A stretch of 64,000 nucleotides of DNA from an uncultured Chloroflexia bacterium (GTDB lineage Bacteria; Chloroflexota; Anaerolineae; B4-G1; SLSP01). Positions 42,191 through 52,299 of the stretch are shown here, piece by piece (position 1 is the stretch's first letter; every line of letters begins with the position of its first letter). The translations under genes were made by a program, and so were the position numbers. The notes below the pieces were generated by a model. The model was not told the origin of the DNA. It searched no databases and saw nothing but the letters and a program-made list of their open reading frames with translations. The stretch is taken from positions 78,111-142,110 of the forward strand of contig CAVVUS010000043.1 in the NCBI GenBank assembly GCA_963751345.1, read 5' to 3'.

Positions 42191-43465
42191 TGGAGCGCCC
42201 GCTTACCGAGCACATCAAGCCCGATCGCGAGCCCCTCAGCCTGCAAGAGTATGAGCAGGTGGGGGGGTACGGTGCGCTGCGGCAAGCCCTGAAGGCTATG
42301 ACTCCTTCGGACGTGACACAGGTCGTAAGCGACTCCGGGTTGCGGGGGCGGGGAGGGGCTGGATTCCCGACGGGACGTAAGTGGGAGTTCATCCCAATTG
42401 GCGATGATGCGCCCCGTCCCAAATACATGATCGTCAATGCCGACGAGATGGAACCCGGAACGTTCAAGGATCGCCTACTTCTGGAGGGCAATCCGCATCA
42501 GTTACTCGAGGGGACGATCCTCGCTGCGTATGCGATTCGCGCCGATGTGGCGTATATCTTCTTGCGGTGGGCTTACCATCGAGCCGCACAGGGGCTGAAG
42601 CGCGCCATTGATGAGGCGTACCATGCCGGCTACCTGGGTACGAACATCCTCGGCTCCGGGTTCGATCTGCGGTTGGTGCTCCACATCAGCGCCGGGCGTT
42701 ACATCTGTGGCGAAGCCACAGCGCTGCTCAATGCCCTGGAGGGGGAGCGCGGGATCCCCCGCTCCAAGCCGCCCCACGCAGCGACCGCCGGCCTATGGAC
42801 GAAGCCCACCGTAGTAAACAACGTCGAGACTCTGTGCAACGTGCCTCACATCGTCAATAAGGGCGCAGATTGGTTCAAGGGGTTGGCATTGGGTGAGGAT
42901 AGCGGAACCAAGCTCTTTCAGGTGAGCGGCAGGGTCAAGCACCCCGGTGTCTGGGAACTCCCGATGGGCACGACCCTCCGCGAGATTATGGAGGAATACG
43001 CCGGTGGGATGCAGGAAGGGGTAGCTCTGCGCGGGCTCCTACCCGGCGGTGCCTCTACCGAGTTCCTGTTGCCCGAACAACAGGATGTATCGATGGAGTT
43101 TCGCCGCGGTTGAGCAGGCCGGGAGCCGGTTTGGCACGGCTACGATCATCGTGCTCGATGACCATACCTGCCCTGTTGGCATGATCCGCAGTCTCATGCG
43201 CTTTTTCGCTCGCGAATCCTGTGGTTGGTGTACGCCCTGCCGGGATGGTTTGCCCTGGGTCCTCAAAGATCTTGACGCGATCGAGTCCGGTCAGGGGCGA
43301 ACCGAGCACATCGATACGCTTGCGAGGCAGACGCGAGTGATCACGGACAAGAATACCTTCTGCGAGCTGGCGACCGGGGCGATGGAGCCGTTACGAAGCG
43401 CACTCGAGTTTTACGAAGCTGACTTCCGACAGCATGTCCGCGAAAAGCACTGTCCTTGGAGATGA
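42190..43465 (+). CDS. nuoF: NADH-quinone oxidoreductase subunit F, copy 2 (variant CGEAT); one frameshift near 43100
   Basis: GTG start overlapping the copy-1 stop; GRGGAGFPTG, NADEMEPG, YICGEATA, NNVETL, ESCGWCTPCRDG...FC. Confidence 0.9.
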
Positions 43466-43468
43466 TGC

Positions 43469-46198
43469 ATGGCGACGATTTATATAGACGGTGATCCCTA
43501 TGAGGTCGAGGAAGGCTGGAATCTTCTCCACACCTGCCTTTCGCTGGGCTTCGACATACCCTATTTCTGTTGGCATCCGGCGATGGGATCCGTCGGAGCG
43601 TGCCGGCAGTGCGCGGTCCGTCTGTTCAAAGATGAGAAGGATACGAAGGGCACGATCGTGATGTCGTGCATGACGCCGATTCGTGACGGTATGCGCATCT
43701 CCATTGACGACCCCGAAGTCAAGGAGTTCCGGGCCAGCGTGATCGAGTGGTTGATGGTTAACCATCCCCATGACTGTCCTGTCTGCGATGAAGGGGGCGA
43801 GTGCCATCTGCAGGATATGACTGTCTTGACGGGGCATGCCTATCGTGAGTTCGATTTCCGGAAGCGTACCCACCGGAACCAGTACCTTGGTCCGTTCGTC
43901 ACGCACGAGATGAACCGCTGCATCGCCTGTTACCGCTGCCTCCGGTTCTACCGCGAGCACGCCGGCGGGCGTGATTTCGATGTCTTTGGTGCGCATGACA
44001 GGGTCTACTTCGGGCGCTTTGAGGAAGGGGTTCTGGAGAGCGAGTTCAGCGGGAACTTGGTCGAGATTTGCCCCACGGGAGTCTTTACTGACAAGAGCCT
44101 GCACCGGCATTACACCCGGAAGTGGGATCTTCAGACTGCGCCATCCATCTGTGTTCACTGTGGGTTGGGATGCAATACCATTCCCGGGGAGCGTTACGGA
44201 GAGCTCCGTCGGATCCGCAACCGCTATCACCACGACGTCAACGGTTACTTCCTGTGCGACCGCGGGCGCTACGGCTATGAGTTTGTCAACAGTGACCAGC
44301 GTATCCGCACAGCGTTGCTTCGCGACGAAGAAGGCGAAACTGGCCTCGGTGCCAAAGACCGAAGCGGTGACACGCGCAGCTAGCATGCTGGGCTCCGACA
44401 AGCACGTCATCGGCATCGGCTCACCGCGGGCTTCGTTGGAGGCCAACTTCGCGCTGCGCGACCTGGTCGGGCCGAGCAACTTTTACCAGGGCGTCACCGA
44501 CAACAACAACCTTCTCGTCGCGGCTGCCATCGAGATCATGCAGAAGGGACCTTCCAAGATCCCGTCACTGCACAGCGTCGAGCACAACGATGCGGTGCTG
44601 ATCCTGGGCGAGGATGCGACCAGCGTTGCGCCGATGTTGGCCCTGGCTCTGCGACAGTCGGTTCGCCAGATCCCTCTGCGGATCGAAGAGCAGCTCCTCC
44701 ATATTCCCAGTTGGCAGGATGCGGCGGTGGAGGAGGCGATCCAGAGCCAAGAGGGCCCTCTTATCATCGCTACCCCGGGAAGCACACGGCTGGACGACGT
44801 GGCGACGCGCATCATACACCTTCCGCCCGAGGATCTGGCCCGCTTCGGTTTTGCCGTCGCCCACGCTATCGACGAGAATGCCCCGGCCGTAGAAGGCCTG
44901 TCGGAAGAGGTTGCGGCCCTGGCGACGGAGACCGCCGAGCAATTGACCAAGGGCCAGAGACCGTTGGTGATATCCGGCATCAATGTGGGCACCGATGCAG
45001 TGATGCATGCTGCAGCCAACGTGGCGTCGGCGCTCCATAAGGTGGTAGGCACGTCTGAACTGCTCTTCACCGTTCCGGAATGCAACAGCATGGGGTTGGG
45101 CCTTATGGGGGGCAAGTGGACTTGCTGCGGCGCGGGAGGCGGTGGAAAGCGGGGACGTTGATACCATCGTCATCCTCGAGAACGATCTCTACCGCCGCGC
45201 CGGCGCTGCCGAGATCGACACGCTCCTGGACGCGGTTCCTCACGTGATCGCCATCGATCACCTGATGAACCGGACGACGGAGAGGGCCGAACTCGTGCTG
45301 CCTGCAGCCACCTTCGCCGAAACAGACGGCACGCTGGTCAATAACGAGGGGCGCGCTCAACGCTATCTATCAGGTCTTCGTCCCGGAGGGTGACGTTCAA
45401 GTCGAGTTGGCGGTGGATCAACGAGATCAGGACCGCCGCGCGTCACGCCGACGTGGCGAAAGTGGCAGATCGTGGACGACGTCATCGCCGACATGGCGGA
45501 GGCGTATGCCGGTCTTTGCTGAGGTGCCGGACATCGCCCCCCCGGCAGGGTTCCGGCTGTTGGGCCAGCGAATCCCTCGCGAGTCTCACCGCTACTCTGG
45601 TCGCACTGCCATAAACGCGGATGTTGCCGTCAGTGAGCCGAAGCCACCTCAAGATCCGGATACGCCGTTCTCTTTCACGATGGAGGGGTATCCAGGGCAG
45701 CCGCCGGCTGCGTTGATCCCACGCTATTGGGCGCCCCATTGGAACTCGGTGCAGGCGTTGAACAAGTTCCAGGAGGAGGTCAATGGCCCCCTGCGTGGGG
45801 GTGATCCGGGGCGCTTGCTGATCGCCCCCAAAGAGGACGCCCAGGTGTCCTACTTTGACCAGATCCCCAACGCATGCGAGCTGCGGTCCGATCAATGGCG
45901 TGTGATTCCCCAATATCACATCTTTGGCTCCGAACCCTTGAGCATGCTGTCGCCGGGGGTGGCCGAACTTGCCCCGGAGCCCTACGTCGCGGTGAGTGCA
46001 GCCGATGCGGAGAAGCTGGGCGTGGAGTCCGGTGATGACGTGACGGTCATGATTGGCGATCAGCCGTTGGTCGTCTGCGCGCGTATCGATGGGTCGATCC
46101 AGGATGGCATCGCGAGGTTACCGATGGGTCTGAAGAACGTTCCCACGGTAAAGCTACCGATGTGGACCGAGATACGGAAGGAGACCGAGAATGAGTGA
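43469..46198 (+). CDS. nuoG: NADH-quinone oxidoreductase subunit G; several frameshifts
   Basis: [50 protein letters not shown]...C (N7), [23 protein letters not shown]. Confidence 0.92.
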
Positions 46199-47147
46199 AG
46201 TCGTGCGGCACCTGATTCTCGTCTTCGGCGTGCTGTTCGGCGCGCTGACCATCGCCGCCGGACTCATCTGGTTGGAACGCAGATTGCTTGCGGCCTGGCA
46301 AGATCGGTACGGTCCCAACCGCGTCGGTCCATTTGGCCTGATCCAGGTGTTGGCCGATATGGTCAAGATCTTCACCAAGGAAGATTGGGTACCGCCCTTT
46401 GCGGACAGGCCGGTGTTCATATTGGCACCTGCTATCATCATTGTCACGGTCCTGATGTCATTCGCCGTGATCCCGCTGGGGCCGGGAGCCAGCGTGGCAA
46501 ATCTCAACATCGGGCTGCTCTTTTTCCTGGGGATGTCCTCCATGGGCGTCTATGCCGTGACGCTCGCCGGGTGGTCGTCGAACAGTAAGTACTCCCTGAT
46601 CGGCGGCCTGCGGGCGGCAGCGCAGATGCTCAGTTACGAGGTGTTTATGGGCCTCTCTTTGATGGGCGTCGTGCTGATTGCCGGCTCGTTCAACCTCTCG
46701 GATATCGTTGAGGCTCAACGCAAGGTGTGGTTCTGCATACCCCAGTTTCTGGGGTTCGCGGTCTTCTTCATCGCCGGCGTGGCGGAGACGCGACGGATTC
46801 CTTTCGACATTCCGGAGGCGGACAACGAGCTGAACGCGGGATATCACACCGAGTACTCGGGGATGAAGTTTGGTATGTTCTACGTGGGAGAGTATATGGG
46901 CATCACATTGATCTCCGCGATGATCGTCACGCTGTTCTTCGGTGGCTGGCTGGGACCGTTTTTCCCGCCCTTGGTGTGGTTTCTGCTGAAAACCTTCGTC
47001 TTTGTCTGCAGTTTCATCCTGCTTCGGGCTGCGATGCCCCGCCCGCGTTACGACCAGTTGATGGCCCTCGGGTGGAAGCTGTTGCTTCCTCTGTCTTTGC
47101 TCAACGTGATGGTTACCGGCGGCGTCGTGTTGGCGCTGGGGATGTGA
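46191..47147 (+). CDS. nuoH: NADH-quinone oxidoreductase subunit H
   Basis: ERR...QDRYGPNRVG, AETRRIPFDIPEA, EYSG. Confidence 0.95.
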   Translation: MSEVVRHLILVFGVLFGALTIAAGLIWLERRLLAAWQDRYGPNRVGPFGLIQVLADMVKIFTKEDWVPPFADRPVFILAPAIIIVTVLMSFAVIPLGPGASVANLNIGLLFFLGMSSMGVYAVTLAGWSSNSKYSLIGGLRAAAQMLSYEVFMGLSLMGVVLIAGSFNLSDIVEAQRKVWFCIPQFLGFAVFFIAGVAETRRIPFDIPEADNELNAGYHTEYSGMKFGMFYVGEYMGITLISAMIVTLFFGGWLGPFFPPLVWFLLKTFVFVCSFILLRAAMPRPRYDQLMALGWKLLLPLSLLNVMVTGGVVLALGM

Positions 47148-47156
47148 GGTCGACCT

Positions 47157-47690
47157 ATGCTTGTACCCTTAAGGGCACTTGGTCTATTGAGAGGTGTCTG
47201 GCGCGTCTTTCTACATCTGTTCCATCCGCCGGAGACCGTACAGTACCCTGACGAGATGCCGTATCGGCCGCCGAGATTCCGGGGACGCATCATTCTCTCC
47301 CGTGACCCCGACGGTCAAGAGCGCTGCGTGGCCTGCTATCTATGTTCGGTCGCCTGTCCCGTGGATTGCATAGCACTGCAAGCCACGGAAGATGAACACG
47401 GACGTCGGTATCCTGCGTTCTTCCGTATCAACTTCTCCCGCTGTATCTTCTGTGGGTTCTGTGAGGAGGCCTGTCCGACCTACGCGATTCAGCTCACGCC
47501 CGACTTTGAGATGGGCGAATATGACCGGCAGCATCTGGTGTACGAGAAAGAGGATCTCCTCATCAGCGGCACCGGCAAGTATCCCGGCTACAATTTCTAC
47601 CGGGTCGCTGGACTCGCGATTGGCGGCAAGGACAAGGGCGAGGCCGAGAGCGAGTCGCCACCTGTTGACGTGCGAGAGCTGATGCCGTAA
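47157..47690 (+). CDS. nuoI: NADH-quinone oxidoreductase subunit I
   Basis: [12 protein letters not shown] and [12 protein letters not shown]. Confidence 0.95.
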   Translation: MLVPLRALGLLRGVWRVFLHLFHPPETVQYPDEMPYRPPRFRGRIILSRDPDGQERCVACYLCSVACPVDCIALQATEDEHGRRYPAFFRINFSRCIFCGFCEEACPTYAIQLTPDFEMGEYDRQHLVYEKEDLLISGTGKYPGYNFYRVAGLAIGGKDKGEAESESPPVDVRELMP

Positions 47691-47743
47691 GGGCGTTAGC
47701 ACGTTGACACCTGGGGCATACCAGGGCAGGCGTCAGTACGTCT

Positions 47744-47780
47744 CAACGTTCAAACGTTTGAACGTGCCAACGTTCCAACG
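47744..47780. repeat. Degenerate 8-bp tandem repeat (nAACGTnn, ~4.5 units) between nuoI and nuoJ
   Basis: CAACGTTC AAACGTTT GAACGTGC CAACGTTC CAACG. Confidence 0.7.
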
Positions 47781-47795
47781 CAGAAAGGAGCCTGA

Positions 47796-48335
47796 ATGAA
47801 CGTAGCGTTCTATGTCGCGGCAGGGATCGCCATCCTGTCGACGGTCCTGACGATCACGCGGGACAACGCAGTTCACGCGTTGCTTTACCTGATCGTCTCG
47901 TTGCTCGCCGTGGCCGTGATCTTCTTCACTCTCGGTGCCCCGTTTGTCGCGGCATTGGAGGTGATCATTTATGCCGGCGCCATCATGGTGCTGTTCCTCT
48001 TTGCTGTCATGATGCTGAACCTTGGCTCCCAGTCTGTGGTCCAGGAGAGACGGTGGCTTGCGGCGGTGACGTGGTTTGGAGCAGCATTTCTCGCAACTGT
48101 TTTGCTCGCCGAGCTTGCCTTACTGATGATTGGCACCCAAGGTCACGCCATTATGACCCAGAGCGTGACCCCAAAGGACGTCGGGCTGGCGCTCTATGGA
48201 CCCTATCTGTTAGGTGTGGAATTGGCATCAACACTGCTGTTAGCGGGGCTCATCGGGGCCAACATAATTGGACGGCGCCAGCGGACTGGTGAGCGACGTC
48301 CCGCCTCCACCGAGAGCGATCGTGTGCAGTTGTAG
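47796..48335 (+). CDS. nuoJ: NADH-quinone oxidoreductase subunit J
   Basis: NAVHALLYL, IIYAGAIMVLFLFAVMML. Confidence 0.93.
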   Translation: MNVAFYVAAGIAILSTVLTITRDNAVHALLYLIVSLLAVAVIFFTLGAPFVAALEVIIYAGAIMVLFLFAVMMLNLGSQSVVQERRWLAAVTWFGAAFLATVLLAELALLMIGTQGHAIMTQSVTPKDVGLALYGPYLLGVELASTLLLAGLIGANIIGRRQRTGERRPASTESDRVQL

Positions 48336-48418
48336 AGACGTGCCGGCTGGCACGTCTTCCGAGACGCTTCGTCTTCCGAGACGCTTCGTCTTCCGAGACG
48401 CTTCGTCTTCCGAGACGC
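48332..48418 (+). repeat. GTAG-type REP-like palindrome followed by ~4 copies of a 17-bp hairpin repeat
   Basis: GTAG-AGACGTGCC-GGCT-GGCACGTCT, then CGTCTTCCGAGACGCTT units starting at 48353, 48370, 48387 and 48404 (last partial). Confidence 0.85.
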
Positions 48419-48448
48419 AGGGCAGCAATATCTGAAGGATGGTGAGGG

Positions 48449-48757
48449 ATGACGTCGATTCCAATGGAGTATGGACTGATATTGGCAGCGGTGCTCTTTG
48501 TTCTAGGCCTAACTGGCGTGCTTGTGCGTCGGAGCGTCTTCTTTCAGTTGATGTCTATCGAGGTGATGCTCAATGCCGCAGGACTGGCATTCGTCGTTGC
48601 GGGTGCTCATTGGGGGGCGGCGGATGGGCAGGTAATGTTCATCTTTATTCTCAGTATGGCTGCGGCTGAGGTCGCTGTTGGATTGGCCCTGGCTCGCCAG
48701 CTCTTCCACCATCTCAAGACATTGGATAGTGACGCTGCAAGCCACATGCGAGGGTGA
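48449..48757 (+). CDS. nuoK: NADH-quinone oxidoreductase subunit K
   Basis: [21 protein letters not shown]. Confidence 0.93.
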   Translation: MTSIPMEYGLILAAVLFVLGLTGVLVRRSVFFQLMSIEVMLNAAGLAFVVAGAHWGAADGQVMFIFILSMAAAEVAVGLALARQLFHHLKTLDSDAASHMRG

Positions 48758-50686
48758 CGGATATGTTCAGTCTACTTTGGTTAGTGCCGGCGCTGCCGAT
48801 CGCGGGTTTCCTTGGGCTTACGCTGCTTGGACAGTACTTCCCACGTAGAGTCACTGCCCTGGTGGGCGTAGGATCGGTGGCTCTATCGGCGATTGTAGCA
48901 TGTCTGATCACCGTTGCCTTTGTGTTCGCGCCGCCACCGGACCACACCTACGTGGAGGCATTCTGGACGTGGATCCAGGTCGGCGGATTTGCCCCTAACG
49001 TGGCTTTCCATCTCGATCCCTTGTCGCTGGTGATGATGCTGGTCATCACCTTTGTCGGCTCGCTTATCCATCTGTATTCCTCGGAGTTCATGATCGAAGA
49101 AGAGGGATACGCGCGTTTCTTTGCTATCATGAATCTCTTCGTCGGCGCTATGCTCATTCTGGTGCTGGCCGACAACTTGCTGCTCCTCTACCTGGGGTGG
49201 GAAGGTGTTGGGCTGTGCAGCTATCTCCTGATTGGCTTTTGGTACAAGGATCCGGCAAACGGCAGGGCCGCCCGCAAGGCGTTTATCGTCACACGCATCG
49301 GCGATACGGCGATGATTATCGGCATCTTCCTGCTCTTTGACAACCTGGGCACCTTGCAGATCCAGTTGCTGATGCAGCGCGCAACACAGCAATGGGCCGT
49401 GGGATCGGGGTTGGCCATCGCGGCGGCGTTACTCCTACTCGGAGGGGCGGTAGGCAAATCGGCTCAACTACCGCTGCAAATCTGGTTGCCCGACGCGATG
49501 GCCGGCCCGACACCGGTGAGTGCCCTGATCCACGCGGCGACGATGGTGACGGCGGGCGTGTACCTGATTGCGCGCACCCATACCTTGTTCGCCCTTGCCC
49601 CTGCCGTACAATTGGCGGTCGCCATCATTGGGGCGCTGACCCTGCTATTGGCGGGCTTCAGCGCCCTCAACCAGCGCGACATCAAGCGGGTGTTGGCTTA
49701 CTCGACGATGAGCCAGATCGGGTACATGTTTCTGGCTCTGGGCGTCGGTGCGTGGTCCGCTGCGATCTTCCACTTTATGACCCATGCGTTCTTCAAGGCG
49801 CTGCTCTTCCTGTCTGCAGGAGTGATAGTGCTACGGTTGCATCACGAGCACGATATCTTCAAGATGGGAGGGCTGCGTAAGCAGCTTCCCCTCACGTTCT
49901 GGGTATTTCTGATTGGGGCGAGCTCGCTATCCGCGCTCCCATTGGTAACGGCCGGCTTTTATAGCAAGGACCTGATACTCTGGTCGACTTGGTCGTCGTC
50001 GAGCGGGGGACCCTGGCTGTGGGCTGCGGGTTTGATTGGCGCGCTGCTCACGTCAATCTATGCGTTCCGGGTCGTCTTCATGACATTCTACGGCGAGCCC
50101 GGTTCGTTGGTGAAGGAGGCCTCACCCATCCGCCGTCCCGGTATCGCGATGAAGATCCCGTTGGTGGTTCTGGCGGTTCTGTCCGTCGTCGCCGGGCTCC
50201 TGGAGGTGTCGCCCTCGTTGGGCAACCTACCGCTGTTCACGACCTTTATGCACATGATACTTCCGCCTTACCCGGTCTCCCTGTCCCTCCAGGGAAAGGC
50301 CGGGGAGGGGGTTCGAGCCGTGCTGCAGATTGTAACAGCCTTGGTCTCTTTAGGGGGGATTGGTATCGCGTATGTGCTCTTCCTGCGTAACCGTAAGCTC
50401 ACGCAGACGGTGGTACGGACGCCGATCGGGCAGGCTCTGCAGCGGTTCTGGTCCGTAGGTTGGGGCTTTGACTGGCTCGACAATGAGCTTATCGTGTTCC
50501 CCTTTGTCTGGTTGGCGACTATCGATAAAGACGACATTGTCGACCGGGTATATCGCGGGTATCGCGTGGTTGGCCAGGAAAGCGCATTGGCTACTGGGCC
50601 TGACACAGGTGGGTCGGATACGCCGGTATGCGGTGGGCATTGCCCTTGGCGCGGTGGTGATCACAGGAATGGTGGTGCTGCTATGA
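48754..50686 (+). CDS. nuoL: NADH-quinone oxidoreductase subunit L; frameshift near 50560
   Basis: [56 protein letters not shown]; true C-terminus ([13 protein letters not shown]) in ORF 50468..50686. Confidence 0.93.
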
Positions 50687-52299
50687 TGCTGGTTTGGTCC
50701 ATCGTATGGCCATTGGCTGCGGGACTGCTGGCCTGGCTTGCCGGTCGCTTGTACCCTTCAGGGCAGTCGAGCAAAACGCTGCCGCGTTGGATAGCACTCG
50801 TGGCGTTGTCGCTCCATCTGATCTTTCTTCTTATTCTGGGCTCGCAGGTCCTCCCCCTTTCCGGCGCCGCCGCGGCGGGACCCTGGGCCATCGATTTCTC
50901 CAGGCCGTGGATCCCACAGTTGGGGTTCGACTTCCACCTGGCGATGGATGGTCTTAGTTTCCTGTTGCTTCTCCTCGTCGACTTCCTGGGTATCATCGCC
51001 GTAGTGGCTTCGTGGGAGAGCGTCCAGGAGCACGTTGGCTTCTTCTTCTTTAACCTCCTGTGGGCGCTGGGGGCGCTCAACGGTATCTTCCTGGCCATGG
51101 ATCTGATCCTTTTCTACGCGTTCTGGGAGCTCTCGCTTATTCCGCTCTATTTCTTGATCGGAATATGGGGACACGAGAATCGCACTTACGCTGCGATCAA
51201 GTTCTTCATCTTCACTCAGGCTAGCAGCCTGCTCATGCTTGTCTCGATTCTGGGCCTGTACTTTCTGCACGGGCAGAGCACCGGGACATACACCTTCAAC
51301 TTTGTGGATCTGGTCGGCACGGTATTGTCTCCCAGCACGGCAATGTGGCTGATGCTTGGCTTCTTTGTGGCGTTTGCCGTCAAGCTGTCCATCGTGCCGC
51401 TGCACTCCTGGCTTCCCGATGCCCACACGGAGGCGCCTACAGCAGGAAGTGTGATCCTGGCCGGGCTGCTGTTGAAAGCGGGCGCTTACGGAATGCTGCG
51501 TTTCCTGTTTCCCTTGTTTCCCGAAGCTGCCCACACGTTTGCGCCGTTCGCTATGGCCCTGGGGAGCATTAGCATCATCTACGGGGCCGTACTGGCCTTT
51601 GCTCAGACGGATCTCAAGCGGCTCGTAGCCTATACGAGCGTCAGCCACATGGGGTTCATTCTCATCGGCATTTTCGCGTGGAACCAAACGGCGCTCCAGG
51701 GGGCGGTTATCGTGATGCTCGCGCATGGTGTGACGACCGGCGCGCTCTTCGTCCTGGTGGGCTTTCTCCAGGACCGTATGCACACGCGTGACCTGCGGCG
51801 TATGGGAGGGTTGTGGTCGGTGGCACCCGTGATGGGAGGTGTGGCGCTGTTCCTGGCCGCTGCCTCGCTTGGACTTCCGGGGATGGCGAATTTCGTCGGC
51901 GAGTTCCTGGTACTGCTGGGCTCTTACGTGGTGAATAGGACGCTGGTGGTCTTGGCGGCGATCGGCTTCATCCTTTCTGCTGTCTACGCGCTGTGGATGA
52001 TTCAGCGAGCTTTCGAGGGGCCGAATCACGAGAAATGGGAGTTCGCCGATTTCACGCCGAGGGAGGGGGTGGTGATGGCGCTGCTGGCCGTGGCCATCGT
52101 CTGGCTGGGCCTCTATCCGCAGCCGGCGCTGCGCCTGTCGGGCCCGGCGCTGCAGCAGATGCGGCGATACGCGATAGGCGTGGCTCCGACGGCTTTCCAC
52201 TCCGGCGTAGGCGATTCTAACGGGACCCCGCCCCGTCTCTACACTGGCGCGCCTTTGGCTGACGCTGAAGCTCACAATGTGATGGGAGGTGCTCCGTGA
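50683..52299 (+). CDS. nuoM: NADH-quinone oxidoreductase subunit M
   Basis: ATGA overlap with the nuoL stop; FWELSLIPLYFLIGIWG, PLHSWLPDAHTEAPTAGS, AYTSVSHMG, LGLPG..NFVGE. Confidence 0.93.
   Translation: MMLVWSIVWPLAAGLLAWLAGRLYPSGQSSKTLPRWIALVALSLHLIFLLILGSQVLPLSGAAAAGPWAIDFSRPWIPQLGFDFHLAMDGLSFLLLLLVDFLGIIAVVASWESVQEHVGFFFFNLLWALGALNGIFLAMDLILFYAFWELSLIPLYFLIGIWGHENRTYAAIKFFIFTQASSLLMLVSILGLYFLHGQSTGTYTFNFVDLVGTVLSPSTAMWLMLGFFVAFAVKLSIVPLHSWLPDAHTEAPTAGSVILAGLLLKAGAYGMLRFLFPLFPEAAHTFAPFAMALGSISIIYGAVLAFAQTDLKRLVAYTSVSHMGFILIGIFAWNQTALQGAVIVMLAHGVTTGALFVLVGFLQDRMHTRDLRRMGGLWSVAPVMGGVALFLAAASLGLPGMANFVGEFLVLLGSYVVNRTLVVLAAIGFILSAVYALWMIQRAFEGPNHEKWEFADFTPREGVVMALLAVAIVWLGLYPQPALRLSGPALQQMRRYAIGVAPTAFHSGVGDSNGTPPRLYTGAPLADAEAHNVMGGAP

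Noticed and set aside
40896-43465. nuoF duplication as an assembly artefact
   Set aside because: The copies differ throughout at DNA and protein level and are joined by a clean stop/start overlap, which indicates an old paralog pair.
48353-48418. Possible CRISPR array
   Set aside because: The 17-bp units are directly adjacent with no unique spacers, and no cas genes are in the window.
48754-52299. Apparent 1181-aa NuoL-NuoM fusion ORF
   Set aside because: A frameshift near 50560 diverts NuoL. Its real C-terminus is in another frame ending at 50686, with a normal ATGA overlap onto the nuoM start at 50683.
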